A DNA stretch of 64,000 nt, taken from positions 32,001-96,000 of the IMG/VR virus record IMGVR_UViG_3300014050_000004. One strand, 5' to 3'. This stretch comes from a virus. Each line of letters opens with the position of its first letter. Position 1 is the first letter of the stretch. Shown in pieces: positions 44,076 to 53,489 of the stretch. The notes under the pieces are model-generated. The model did not search any database and was not told the origin of the DNA. It saw only the letters and a program-made list of their open reading frames with translations. The position numbers and the translations under genes were made by a program.

Positions 44076-44737
44076 TATCTGTATTCAATTCGGCAGCGGC
44101 ACCGGTCATAGCAGCGGCACTCTCTGCCCGGCATAGGTAGGGATCCTAGTGTCTGCCACCCGAGAGAGGAAAAGTGCTTACAGTCTTCGCAAGTCTTTTG
44201 ATCAAGCACTGCAATCCTCCTCATTTCTTTATAACCTTGGTCACTCTTGTTGAAAAAGTTTCCGAGTTGAAAGAAAGAATAGGTAGGTGTAGAGAGATAT
44301 CTCATGACTCGAGAAAGCAGCCCTCCCCATGACATCCTTTTTGGGGAGCTTTCCTCGAAATCTGTGTCTCCCTCCCTAGGCTCAATCAGACCAAGTTCAA
44401 GTGAGATTTGAGTTTGGCTCAAAAAAGTATGCAAGGGTGGCAGCATGTCCCCGATGATTATGGGCCAGCTTTTGTCAAGAACCCTTTGAGAGTTGTCGGA
44501 AGAGCCGAGAATTGCTGAGGCGAGAGCAGATATAATACTCTGCTCTACCAAAGACCTCTCGTATTCTTCCCACCTTATCCTGCCATCCCTCAGATTACCA
44601 ACAATCTCCTTAGATTGTCCTTCCATCATTTCCTCGAGTTTGTTCAAACTCTGAGTCTTTTTGGCCAAGTCTTGAGCCTGAGAGAAAAGATCTCCCTTCC
44701 TCTTCGTCACCTGAGCAACTAAGGAAAGGAGATCCAT
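44075..44737 (-). CDS. Head morphogenesis protein (MuF/SPP1 gp7-like, short form)
   Basis: C-terminal RRIAVLDQKTCEDC...LPMPGRECRCYDRCRCRIEY Cys pattern typical of MuF. Confidence 0.7.
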   Translation of the reverse strand: MDLLSLVAQVTKRKGDLFSQAQDLAKKTQSLNKLEEMMEGQSKEIVGNLRDGRIRWEEYERSLVEQSIISALASAILGSSDNSQRVLDKSWPIIIGDMLPPLHTFLSQTQISLELGLIEPREGDTDFEESSPKRMSWGGLLSRVMRYLSTPTYSFFQLGNFFNKSDQGYKEMRRIAVLDQKTCEDCKHFSSLGWQTLGSLPMPGRECRCYDRCRCRIEYR

Positions 44738-47233
44738 TCACTTGTTTCCGTTGTTCCAGAGGCAAATCTTGATAGCCTCAACATAATCAGCGGCTTCCCC
44801 ATTAGCAACCATCTTGAGCGCCTTCTCATGTGGATCCATCTCTTCTGGTTCCTCTGGGATAGAAGCCTCTGAGACAACTTCGCCGAAATAAACCATGTTT
44901 GGCAATCTTCGAAGCATCTCAAACAACCTTGAGGTTGGGGTTTCACCTTCTGAGAAGTTAAGAGTCCCAAATTCGAGACCTTCGCAGTAGTTCTGAAGCT
45001 CTCTTTGAGGGATGATCCCATCAGTGAGCTTGCCTTCCACGTACAAACTGTCAATGAACTCGGCAATTTTTTCTTTGCGAGCTCTGATCTTGTGCTCCTC
45101 GTATTCTCTTCTCAGCTTGTCATTTTCGGCCTTGAGAGACTTCAATTCCTCAAACATGGCTTCCGGATACCCGACTGGCTTGGCTTGAGACATAGACCCC
45201 ATGCCACAGAACTCTTCGGTCTCGGAGAATTCCTCCTCTTCTGCAATCTGAGCCATAACGGAATCCACCAGAGCTTCGATGTCTTCCTCCGAGAAGTCTT
45301 CTCCTTCCTCTTCTCCTTCCTCTTCCTCCTCCATCACAGGGGATCTTTGCCCATAGGTGGAACCTTTACCGGTCTTTGACAGAGTGTCTTTGACTCTCTC
45401 TTTGTGCTCCAGGGAAGCCTCTTCTCCGGATCGCTGGCGAATGATTCTTACCTTGTCGCTTTCGGTTGCGTTTTCGAGGTCAACAGCCAGCTCCATGGTA
45501 TCAGGATCTTCCTCAGATCGATCAGGGAACTCGGTAGGACCGTCGTCTCTGCCTCTTGGGTCTGTACCATCAGAAACTTTAGCCTTCCTTGGGGTATCAG
45601 TCAGACCGTCAGCGTCTCCTTCAGCGAAATCTCCAATTGGACCTCCCTTAACCGGTGCTCTTTCGTCACCGGAGGACTGGTGAATGACCCGAGCAACTTT
45701 GTTGCCCTTTGTGCTTTCAAGGGGCACAGCAATGTCCTCATCATGGGGCTCTTCCTCCATGTCCTCCGAGACCTCTGTGGGACCACCGTCTCTACCATGA
45801 GGTTCCTTGCCTTCTGAAGTCCCAGCATCTCTGGCAAATCCCTCATTCCCGACATTGTATTGATCGGAATTTGTTGCTCTCATTCTGGCTTCGGGTTGGT
45901 CGGCCCAACGTGCCTCTTCATCCCCTCCGTCTTCCGTGTCTCTGCCAATGCTCGCTCTGCTTACCTCTTCTTCAGAGTTGCGAGCTGTGTTTTTTCTATC
46001 CTGGTCTTGTCTGCCAGAATCCTTGGAAACATTGGTTCTGCCGTCAGATTCACCCTTGCCAATTTTCTGCCTGTCACCGAAACTGTCATCCTTGGACCTT
46101 CCAGTCAGACCCCTTCCAGCCACGTCCTCCATTCTTTCTGGCTCATGGGTGCCGAACTTAACCTTGCCACCTTCTACTGTTTTATGAGAAACTCTCTCAG
46201 AAAACTCGTCCTCAATTTCATCGAGTTGGGACAGCAGGGAATCTACAAGGTTGTCAATGTCATCTTCGGAGAATTCCCCGTCTTCTTGTTCCATGTCCAT
46301 GTCCATCTCACTCTCGACCTTTTTCTTCGGCTTGCTCTTCGCTCTGAGCTTGTGAGACTTTGCCTTAGGCTTAGGCTCTGCGGGGACTTCCTCAAACACC
46401 TCTTCAACAACCTGAACTTCGTGTCCGTGAGCTCCTTTGGCTGTTTTGCGTTCTGTCCTCTCCTCGTACTGGTCGTCTGGAAGCATGGTTTCCATGTTAG
46501 CTGTGGTCTGGGCGGATTCTGAAGCTTCAGATCCTTCTCGCCCCATTTTCTTTTTCATTTCAAGAAAGTTTTGGTAAGGGTTTTCTGGGGCGGAGCTGTC
46601 CGCCTCGGGAATTGTTTCTTCTGGAGATACATCTGTCTCTTGCTGTGTTTCCTGGTTTTCCTTGAGTTCCGACAAAGACGACGAGATGTCTCCCCTTATC
46701 AACTCAAGTTTCTCTCTCAGAGTCTCCAAAGGTCCTTTATCGGCCACCAAAGAAGGTCCTAATTCTTTGTCAAATAACTGATCAGGAGTCAAGTTTGTGG
46801 CAAAGTTGAACACTCCTTCTTCTTCTGAGAAGGAGAAAGGTTCCAGCCCTTTAACGGCTGGGGGAGCAGCTCCAAGTAAGGCCAAATGTCTGGCGCTCCA
46901 TTGACCTTTGTGAGGGTTGATGCCCGACTCAGGCGAGTAGAAGGATATAGAAACTTTTTTGTAGTGGCCATTTTTCACCAGATCTTTAGCAGTATCCGTG
47001 AAATCTACATCGGCGTAGAGGTCATCTCCCCTTCTTTCAAAACCTTTGATCCACCCATATGAGGGTATACCGTCACTGTCACCAGAATGACCTATGACTA
47101 AAGGTGCTTCGTGAACATCAGGGTCGTAGGAATCAACAACCTCTTGCAGATCTTCACGAGAAAAGTGTCTTTCTACCCCATTGGCAGAAGTTTGGGGGCC
47201 TGACTTAAATACATGCAAACGTTTTGTAAACAC
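44738..47233 (-). CDS. Prohead protease-scaffold fusion (Mu gpI-like)
   Basis: FSREDLQEVVDSYDP..HEAPLVIGH...YGWI...DLYADVDF...YKKVSISFY...RHLALLGAAPPAVKGL, followed by a ~650-aa acidic/coiled scaffold. Confidence 0.88.
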   Translation of the reverse strand: MFTKRLHVFKSGPQTSANGVERHFSREDLQEVVDSYDPDVHEAPLVIGHSGDSDGIPSYGWIKGFERRGDDLYADVDFTDTAKDLVKNGHYKKVSISFYSPESGINPHKGQWSARHLALLGAAPPAVKGLEPFSFSEEEGVFNFATNLTPDQLFDKELGPSLVADKGPLETLREKLELIRGDISSSLSELKENQETQQETDVSPEETIPEADSSAPENPYQNFLEMKKKMGREGSEASESAQTTANMETMLPDDQYEERTERKTAKGAHGHEVQVVEEVFEEVPAEPKPKAKSHKLRAKSKPKKKVESEMDMDMEQEDGEFSEDDIDNLVDSLLSQLDEIEDEFSERVSHKTVEGGKVKFGTHEPERMEDVAGRGLTGRSKDDSFGDRQKIGKGESDGRTNVSKDSGRQDQDRKNTARNSEEEVSRASIGRDTEDGGDEEARWADQPEARMRATNSDQYNVGNEGFARDAGTSEGKEPHGRDGGPTEVSEDMEEEPHDEDIAVPLESTKGNKVARVIHQSSGDERAPVKGGPIGDFAEGDADGLTDTPRKAKVSDGTDPRGRDDGPTEFPDRSEEDPDTMELAVDLENATESDKVRIIRQRSGEEASLEHKERVKDTLSKTGKGSTYGQRSPVMEEEEEGEEEGEDFSEEDIEALVDSVMAQIAEEEEFSETEEFCGMGSMSQAKPVGYPEAMFEELKSLKAENDKLRREYEEHKIRARKEKIAEFIDSLYVEGKLTDGIIPQRELQNYCEGLEFGTLNFSEGETPTSRLFEMLRRLPNMVYFGEVVSEASIPEEPEEMDPHEKALKMVANGEAADYVEAIKICLWNNGNK

Positions 47234-47258
47234 TTTTTACATCATAGCGATAGTATTT

Positions 47259-47265
47259 TTTACCC
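47259..47265 (-). promoter_or_regulatory. GGGTAAA candidate late-promoter element
   Basis: Intergenic, 26 nt upstream of GTG 47233. Confidence 0.7.
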
Positions 47266-47274
47266 TTATCTCAG

Positions 47275-48705
47275 TCACTCTTCTTCAACAGGAGCTTCTG
47301 ACTCTGACTCTGTTTCTTCAGCTCCGAAGATGGAATCGTAAAGGTCTTGTTCTTCTTGGGGGATGTCGTTCTGTGCCTCTTCCCCTACTTCTGACTCATC
47401 CCCGAATATGGACTTGTAAAGGTCTTCCCCTTCACCCACTCCGGAAACTTCCTCCTCCCCACTAATTTTGTCAGGTTCAATCTCAACTTCCTCCTCAAGC
47501 TCAACCCTGAAGTGCCTTTCTATCCACTCTTTCTTGGGTTTGAAGCCAGAGTTTATCATGACAGAAACATCCGACATGGAGAGATTGGATTCCTCGATCC
47601 TAAACTCTCTTTTCAAGGTGGGAGCAACCACATCAGCACCGTAGTTCAGATCTACAATCCAGCGGACAAGAGTCCGGGTTAGAAGCTGAGAAGTGATCTC
47701 GGATATCTCAGAAGCTTTAACAACTCTTACAACGTTTGCAACCTGAGAAGAAGCTCGAGATCCAGCCTCTGCCTGGCCAGCTTCATTCTCACCGCATATG
47801 AGTAGGCTGATTTCCTTATCAATGTAATCGATCAAGTTTTTGAACACGTCTGGAGAGCCCGTTGGGTTGATGGAATCCAGAGTGAAACCTTCGGGGAGAA
47901 CTAGGGATGTTTCCTGGGACAAGTTAGATATGTGGTTCCAAATCTTGTCAACTTCTTCCGGGGAAGCACTGAGAGGAGCAGTTGCTACGGTCGTTGGGGT
48001 AGCGTATCGGTCTCCATACAGAACGTATGACTCGATTGCCCTCCTTCTGAATTTCACAAGAGGGTAGAGTATTCTTCCTAATCCCGATCCGTACGGATCC
48101 CCATTGTGGAAGACCCAGTGCCTGTTAACAATGAATTTTCTTGCAGGTAGCTCAACACCCTCAAACATTCGGTTGAAGGTTAGGCATCTCATCGTAAAAC
48201 CAGTTTGAGACTCTTGGCTTTCTTGAAAGACGAATCTCCTTTGGTCTCTGACGCGAATGTCATAGGGAACGACTCCCCTCTTCGATTTCTTCCACATTAC
48301 CTCTGCGACGCTGTATCCCATGATCGCCGCTTCGCACAAACCTTTGTATAGTTCATCTATGGGCAGCTCTTCTAGAACTTCAGCAACGAAATCCCTGATG
48401 GCCAAGTCGCCTGGTTTCTGACTGTATTCCTCAACATACCAAGGTCTAGAGGTTATTTCTTGAACAAGTTTTGCAAAGGAAGATTGAACGTGTTCGTCAA
48501 AAAACAACCTTTGATAAACTGACAGGGCTCTGTTTCCACCCTTTGCAATCAGCAGATCATCGCTTGGTCTGACTATGGTGTTTCCTGACCCTGTAAAAGG
48601 GGAGGAGCTACCGAACATGTAAATGCTCGATAGATTATACGGGTCCGATACGTAAGAGGCTATCTCTCCGGAAGGAACTGGTACTGTCTTGAATCTTTGG
48701 GGCAC
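47275..48705 (-). CDS. Portal protein (Mu gp29 / DUF935 family)
   Basis: D.HVQSSF.KL...A.IMGYSV.EVMW...NPYG.GLG..LY..V.F....YGDRY..P...EIS.LI.GEN...GSRASSQV. Confidence 0.9.
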   Translation of the reverse strand: MPQRFKTVPVPSGEIASYVSDPYNLSSIYMFGSSSPFTGSGNTIVRPSDDLLIAKGGNRALSVYQRLFFDEHVQSSFAKLVQEITSRPWYVEEYSQKPGDLAIRDFVAEVLEELPIDELYKGLCEAAIMGYSVAEVMWKKSKRGVVPYDIRVRDQRRFVFQESQESQTGFTMRCLTFNRMFEGVELPARKFIVNRHWVFHNGDPYGSGLGRILYPLVKFRRRAIESYVLYGDRYATPTTVATAPLSASPEEVDKIWNHISNLSQETSLVLPEGFTLDSINPTGSPDVFKNLIDYIDKEISLLICGENEAGQAEAGSRASSQVANVVRVVKASEISEITSQLLTRTLVRWIVDLNYGADVVAPTLKREFRIEESNLSMSDVSVMINSGFKPKKEWIERHFRVELEEEVEIEPDKISGEEEVSGVGEGEDLYKSIFGDESEVGEEAQNDIPQEEQDLYDSIFGAEETESESEAPVEEE

Positions 48706-48743
48706 TACTGTTCTCCCTCTATAGTTGATTTTCCATAGTAGAT

Positions 48744-48750
48744 CTTACCC
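48744..48750 (-). promoter_or_regulatory. GGGTAAG candidate late-promoter element
   Basis: Intergenic, 39 nt upstream of the portal start. Confidence 0.55.
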
Positions 48751-48757
48751 GAAGCCA

Positions 48758-49135
48758 TCAACCCATCAAGGAGTACTCTAAAGGAGGCTGCGGGGTTCCA
48801 TCCACTTCGTAAAGTATTCTAACTTTGTACACACCCTCCTCTCCGCCTGTCAACCAATCTCCCTCAACAGTCAAGGAGGTCAAACCGCTAACATTCTCTC
48901 TTATGGAATTTTGGAACTCGGAATTTATAAGCCCAGGGTTGATGATTTCCAGGGTGTGATCTCCAACTCCGTAGTCGGCTCTCATGACTCGTTCAAAAAA
49001 CCGTGTGTCTATCACACTTCTTATCTCTTGAGCCTTAAGATCATAGTCTGTACTCACAGCTAGATTGCCATTTTCCACCGTTAGAGGGTACTTGATCCCT
49101 CTGATTGAAGGTGAGGAAGTAGTGGGACCGTTCAC
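48758..49135 (-). CDS. Baseplate/sheath initiator (gpW/gp25-like)
   Basis: GIKYPL...G.LAV....I.SVI.T..FERVMR.DYG...I...IRENV pattern. Confidence 0.8.
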   Translation of the reverse strand: MNGPTTSSPSIRGIKYPLTVENGNLAVSTDYDLKAQEIRSVIDTRFFERVMRADYGVGDHTLEIINPGLINSEFQNSIRENVSGLTSLTVEGDWLTGGEEGVYKVRILYEVDGTPQPPLEYSLMG

Positions 49136-49404
49136 TTTCTTATGAAGTCTAAGTTGGCTTGGCTGAGGTTTCTCAGCCTCTTGTTGATGTCTTGTGTTGG
49201 CAGTTTACTGCGCATGATCTTCGCCTTTTCTATTTTCATGTCCTCCTTTGACAGAGTCCTGTACAATTTCGGGTCCAGGAGGTCTTCTTCCCCACTGAGC
49301 AAAGAGAGGCAAAACGCATCCAAGGATGCGCCCTGCCTCATTGCTCTTTCCGACAGTTGCTGAAAGAAAGACTCTGACACTTGTAGTTTGATTTCTCTAT
49401 CCAT
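49132..49404 (-). CDS. Possible ribbon-helix-helix DNA-binding protein
   Basis: EIKLQVSESFFQQLSERAMRQGASLDAFCLSLL matches the RHH/HicB-like pattern. Confidence 0.45.
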   Translation of the reverse strand: MDREIKLQVSESFFQQLSERAMRQGASLDAFCLSLLSGEEDLLDPKLYRTLSKEDMKIEKAKIMRSKLPTQDINKRLRNLSQANLDFIRK

Positions 49405-49405
49405 T

Positions 49406-52400
49406 TCAGAAGGTATTGTTTGACAAGCCTTGAGAATTCAGCTCTTTGCTCATTTGTCCGACGGACACTCTGATCTGTTCAACTTCCATTCTCTCCAAAG
49501 TTGGAGCGGGAACATCAAACACCTTGACCATGACAACACCGTTCTCCAGGGTCTCTGGAGTGTTGATCCTGTCGTCGCATATCACTTGGAATGCGTCAGA
49601 AGGTCTGGCTCCAAACAAAGCCCCAGCTCTCCAAAGTTGGCTCAGAACACTGTTACCAATGCTCACAATCTGGTTGTAGACCAGGCCGAATCCGTCCACA
49701 ATGGAGAAAATCTGGCTGTCATATGCGTTCCTAAGAGAACCGTATACAACGTTTTGAATGACCCTGGTGTTAACAAATTGGAACTTCCTTTGGTTCTCGT
49801 CCATCTTGTTGATGCGAGTTCTTCCGCCCCAAATGAACACTGCCGTGTTCGGGTAGCCAGGTAGAGTTCTAACAGCGTTGCAACCGTCTGGGTTCAACAG
49901 GTTTTGCTGAGCAGAATTGATTGGGATCTGTGTTCCTACAGCGTCTGCAAGCTGGTACTTGACACCGGCAGGTGGGAACTGGAACCCTTCTGCTCTGTAT
50001 CGCCTGAGCGCTACTCCAGCAACGTAAGGTGAGGGTGGAATGAATTGGTTTGAGGCATTCAGAACGTAAGGACCGTAGAAGGCAATGAAACCGAAAGCGT
50101 TAAAGTAACGCTGGCTGTCTTCGTAAAGTCTATTGTCGTTGTCTACACCAGCTTCCACAAACTCAGCTTGGGGTTCACCATTGAACCCAACTCCTCTGAG
50201 AGCGTTGTCCATTATTTCTGTGGAAGTAATGGCGTCAAATCTCCAAAGGTTGCTTGGAGGAGTTTGCTCGGAGGTAAGAGAGATTTCAACCTGAGCACCT
50301 AGGCATACCTTGGAAGCAGAAGTGAGGTCTCCTCCAAGAGCTTGGGCTTTGATGACAGTCCAATTATAGTTAGAACCGTCGAAAGTAACCACGATTCTGT
50401 CTCCTTGAACAACGTCTGTGGTGCCATCAGGGGCTTTACCGTCGTTGTCCACAATTTCGAAATAGACGCCTTCGAGCTTGGAAATCAGGTTCTGAATGTC
50501 GGCTCCAGTATCACCAATATCGAGCAATTGGTTGGAGTAGACAGACAGGGTTCCACTCAAGGCACCGGCACCGTCAGGATCATAGTTACCACCATAGATG
50601 GGGTCAATCACAGGTACGATGTAAGCTTCCGTGCTGAACTTTTGCTCAACTGTTGGTGTGCAGATGAAGTTTTCAACGGCTGAAGTGGTGCTTCCGGCCT
50701 CAACCAGAGATAGCTCAGGCAACCAGTTGGCCTCAGCAGTTTCTCCATAAGGGAAGATCTGATTTTTGCCAACTACTACAGAGCTATTATTGAGATAGAG
50801 GGAAACTCCAACTCCCGCTGTTGCGTTGTTATTTGACTTTGTTGCTTCTTCTACAATGGTTCCGCTGGCCAAACCATACTTCCTACCCCTAATCATGGCA
50901 AAGGTGGAAACTTCGGCCATAGAAGTTGCGGTCAGACTTCCCCCTGTGACAGAAGAGTAAAGAATTGTTGGATTGCTGGAAAGAGTTCCAGACACAAACT
51001 CAACATAGTTCCCTGCCAAGTAGTTAGAGAACGAGGAGGCAAGAAGGATGGAGTCTTCATCAAGGACCTTCACATAGTAAGGGTGAAGACCGTTTACAGA
51101 AGAAGCTTTGAACAATACCTGGCTATCCTTGGTTACAGGCTGAGTGAAGAACACCTTTTGACCGTTTTGCAAGGTGTGGGAGACGCAATTGAACTTCCAG
51201 TATTGCTTAGAACCCAAGGTGTAGGCTTCCATGTACAGGTCGCTGTTTGGATCCAAGATCGTTCTGCTTACAAAACCAAGGCGGAAATCCTTAGTAGAGT
51301 CCTGAAGAGTGCCTGGCAAGTGAACTGTGTTCACGAACTGAGAAGAACCAGAGATGTTTTGGATCAAGTTGGACTCTTGACCGTTGATATCAATCTGATT
51401 CATCAGATCCCAAGCTGGACTTCCGTAGGAGGCAAGGACAGTCGTGCCTGCCGGGGATCCCACGCTGTAGGCTCCCATGGGCAGAGAGGCCATCAGATCG
51501 CTACCACCTGCAGCAACAACTTCAGCATACACCGCAGAAGCTTCAGCAGCTGTCTCAGTTATGTAGACAATTTGAGAAGATCCGTTGGAAGGATACGGTC
51601 CGTAAAGAGCTTGATTGAAGGGTGGTGCAACAATGTAAGCGACATCTCCAAGCGCAGTAAAGTCTGCACCGGCTGCTTCCAAAGTGACTTCCATGATCTG
51701 GAACTCAGCAGGCCAAACGTCAGAAGAGGAAATCTGGAATTGACCGATGCTGGAAGCCATGGTGGTCGTGACTGTGAACACACCATTGTCAATGGCCCCA
51801 ACCTTCTCATCCGCAGCTACTTCCTCCACTGATTGCTGTACAGCAACCTTAGGATCTGAACCGCTGATGATTGGTTGGTACCTCAGTTTGTCGTAAGTAA
51901 CCCCAACTCCGGTCCATTCGTAGATTGCGTTATCTACGAGATACTTAAGCCCGGTAACAAGGTCAGCTGCAGGTTTGTGAGGAGCGAACTCCTTGTACTT
52001 GTTCAAGTCCGTTACAAAGAAGGGACCGGGATCAGCCAGAGCTATCCACTTGTAGTTATTGCTTTGGCAATGAGCAGCAGCAGCAGCTCCAATGGCGGAT
52101 CTACCTGCGGCATCAAACTGAGCGTATGCAGTTGGTGTGATCAAATACCCCTGATTCTGTTGGCCGTCGAAGGCAGTGTTAATGCACTGGATGTAGTCCT
52201 GATATACCCTTTCCAGATTGTTTGACATGCCCACGATGTTCTGAACATCGTAGGAATTGTTCATGATTACACTGTATGAACCGACAACATTCTGCTGGTT
52301 AACCACAGATACCGAGCCACCGTAAGAGGAAGCTGCAATAGTGATGAAACCGCTTTCAGAGGTTGAAGTAGGATCCAGATCAACCACGAGACCGAAATCT

Positions 52401-53023
52401 CTAACGTAGATAGAGCTGCTAACGCTTGGGTTGCTTTCGATAGCTGCCGCAATTGCTGTTACGACGGCTTTCGAAATCTTTCTGTTATTGACAGCGTCCC
52501 CAGCGATGTAATCCACTGGGATGGTAACCGGGACACCAAGCCATTCTCCTGAAGAGCTGTAACCAGTGGACCCATCTCCCGCTACAAGCTTCAGACCATT
52601 CAGGATAAGCTGTGCATAAACAATGTCACCAGCTTCGAAGTTTGTTGGCAATCCGGAGTTGTTGAGTTTGGTCCCGGAAGGCAGGAATTCGATTTCGGAG
52701 ATTTGGTTAGGTGTACCAACTCTAACGACTCTCAAATCTCCGACTTGAGCATTTTGGTAGAAGGAATTAACGCAGTTGTAGCTGAGAAGAGGGATGCGGG
52801 ACTCAGGTACCACACCACCGACCAAAGCCTTATAGTCCTGCAGAGAGGTGATTGCTACAGGAGTATTGAAAGGAAACACTGTGACAGGCACAGATTCTTC
52901 TGCTTCCACAAGCATATACACAGTGCTAAAGGAAGAAATACCAGCAGAAGCTATGTTTCCAACTGTTTCATTGATGTAGGTTCCGGGAGCTCCAGGTGTA
53001 GCTCCAAAGGAGAAAGTTGCCAT
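49406..53023 (-). CDS. Tail sheath protein with large central insertion
   Basis: N-terminal PGAPGTYINE...FNTPVAITS..DY...FYQNA...RVVRV; C-terminal FYGPY...PPSPYVAG...QNLLNPDGCNAVR...IWGGRT...FVNTR...LERMEV; 1205 aa. Confidence 0.9.
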   Translation of the reverse strand: MATFSFGATPGAPGTYINETVGNIASAGISSFSTVYMLVEAEESVPVTVFPFNTPVAITSLQDYKALVGGVVPESRIPLLSYNCVNSFYQNAQVGDLRVVRVGTPNQISEIEFLPSGTKLNNSGLPTNFEAGDIVYAQLILNGLKLVAGDGSTGYSSSGEWLGVPVTIPVDYIAGDAVNNRKISKAVVTAIAAAIESNPSVSSSIYVRDFGLVVDLDPTSTSESGFITIAASSYGGSVSVVNQQNVVGSYSVIMNNSYDVQNIVGMSNNLERVYQDYIQCINTAFDGQQNQGYLITPTAYAQFDAAGRSAIGAAAAAHCQSNNYKWIALADPGPFFVTDLNKYKEFAPHKPAADLVTGLKYLVDNAIYEWTGVGVTYDKLRYQPIISGSDPKVAVQQSVEEVAADEKVGAIDNGVFTVTTTMASSIGQFQISSSDVWPAEFQIMEVTLEAAGADFTALGDVAYIVAPPFNQALYGPYPSNGSSQIVYITETAAEASAVYAEVVAAGGSDLMASLPMGAYSVGSPAGTTVLASYGSPAWDLMNQIDINGQESNLIQNISGSSQFVNTVHLPGTLQDSTKDFRLGFVSRTILDPNSDLYMEAYTLGSKQYWKFNCVSHTLQNGQKVFFTQPVTKDSQVLFKASSVNGLHPYYVKVLDEDSILLASSFSNYLAGNYVEFVSGTLSSNPTILYSSVTGGSLTATSMAEVSTFAMIRGRKYGLASGTIVEEATKSNNNATAGVGVSLYLNNSSVVVGKNQIFPYGETAEANWLPELSLVEAGSTTSAVENFICTPTVEQKFSTEAYIVPVIDPIYGGNYDPDGAGALSGTLSVYSNQLLDIGDTGADIQNLISKLEGVYFEIVDNDGKAPDGTTDVVQGDRIVVTFDGSNYNWTVIKAQALGGDLTSASKVCLGAQVEISLTSEQTPPSNLWRFDAITSTEIMDNALRGVGFNGEPQAEFVEAGVDNDNRLYEDSQRYFNAFGFIAFYGPYVLNASNQFIPPSPYVAGVALRRYRAEGFQFPPAGVKYQLADAVGTQIPINSAQQNLLNPDGCNAVRTLPGYPNTAVFIWGGRTRINKMDENQRKFQFVNTRVIQNVVYGSLRNAYDSQIFSIVDGFGLVYNQIVSIGNSVLSQLWRAGALFGARPSDAFQVICDDRINTPETLENGVVMVKVFDVPAPTLERMEVEQIRVSVGQMSKELNSQGLSNNTF

Positions 53024-53117
53024 TTAGTTAAGGTCCTTATTTTCCTACCCATTGTGCTGGTAAGGACATTTCCAACGGTGGTGCCCGCAGGCCAATGAGT
53101 CGGTTAGACGCTTGATT

Positions 53118-53124
53118 TTTACCC
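53118..53124 (-). promoter_or_regulatory. GGGTAAA candidate late-promoter element
   Basis: Just after the stop at 53130; 95 nt upstream of the sheath start. A variant GGGTAGG lies at 53044-53050. Confidence 0.55.
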
Positions 53125-53129
53125 TACTC

Positions 53130-53489
53130 CTAAGACAACTGTTTCGATGTTTGCACTACACCGTTAATTTCCTCAACGTGAGACAAAGCGTATGATCCGT
53201 ACTTTGAGAGTGCCTGGTAATACTCTTGAGCGTTGGAATAAGGATAGTAAGTGTCATCAGCGCTGTACTGCCCAGTATCTACAGACACTGTAATGGATGA
53301 CTGGGTTAGGCCAGATGAGGGGAGTCCGGAGTTGTCTGGTTCTTTGAGTATTGAACCTGGGACTGGCATCTTTGTAATGTCCCAGAAAGGATTGGCTTCC
53401 AATACCTCTCTGTAGGAGGTAGAGTCGGAGAAAAACACGAACCCCAACTTACCCCAACTACTTCCGGACTGAAGAACGAAATTGTTCAC
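53130..53489 (-). CDS. Baseplate protein with LysM/GpX-like N-terminus
   Basis: FVLQSGSSWGKLGFVFFSDSTSYREVLEANP...P.PGSIL..P, the GpX/LysM pattern. Confidence 0.65.
   Translation of the reverse strand: MNNFVLQSGSSWGKLGFVFFSDSTSYREVLEANPFWDITKMPVPGSILKEPDNSGLPSSGLTQSSITVSVDTGQYSADDTYYPYSNAQEYYQALSKYGSYALSHVEEINGVVQTSKQLS

Noticed and set aside
44075-44737. MuF polymorphic toxin
   Set aside because: The protein ends right after the MuF Cys motif, with no C-terminal toxin extension or immunity gene.
48758-49135. Lysozyme/endolysin annotation for the gp25-like gene
   Set aside because: gp25/gpW family proteins are structural sheath initiators; no catalytic lysozyme motif is visible.
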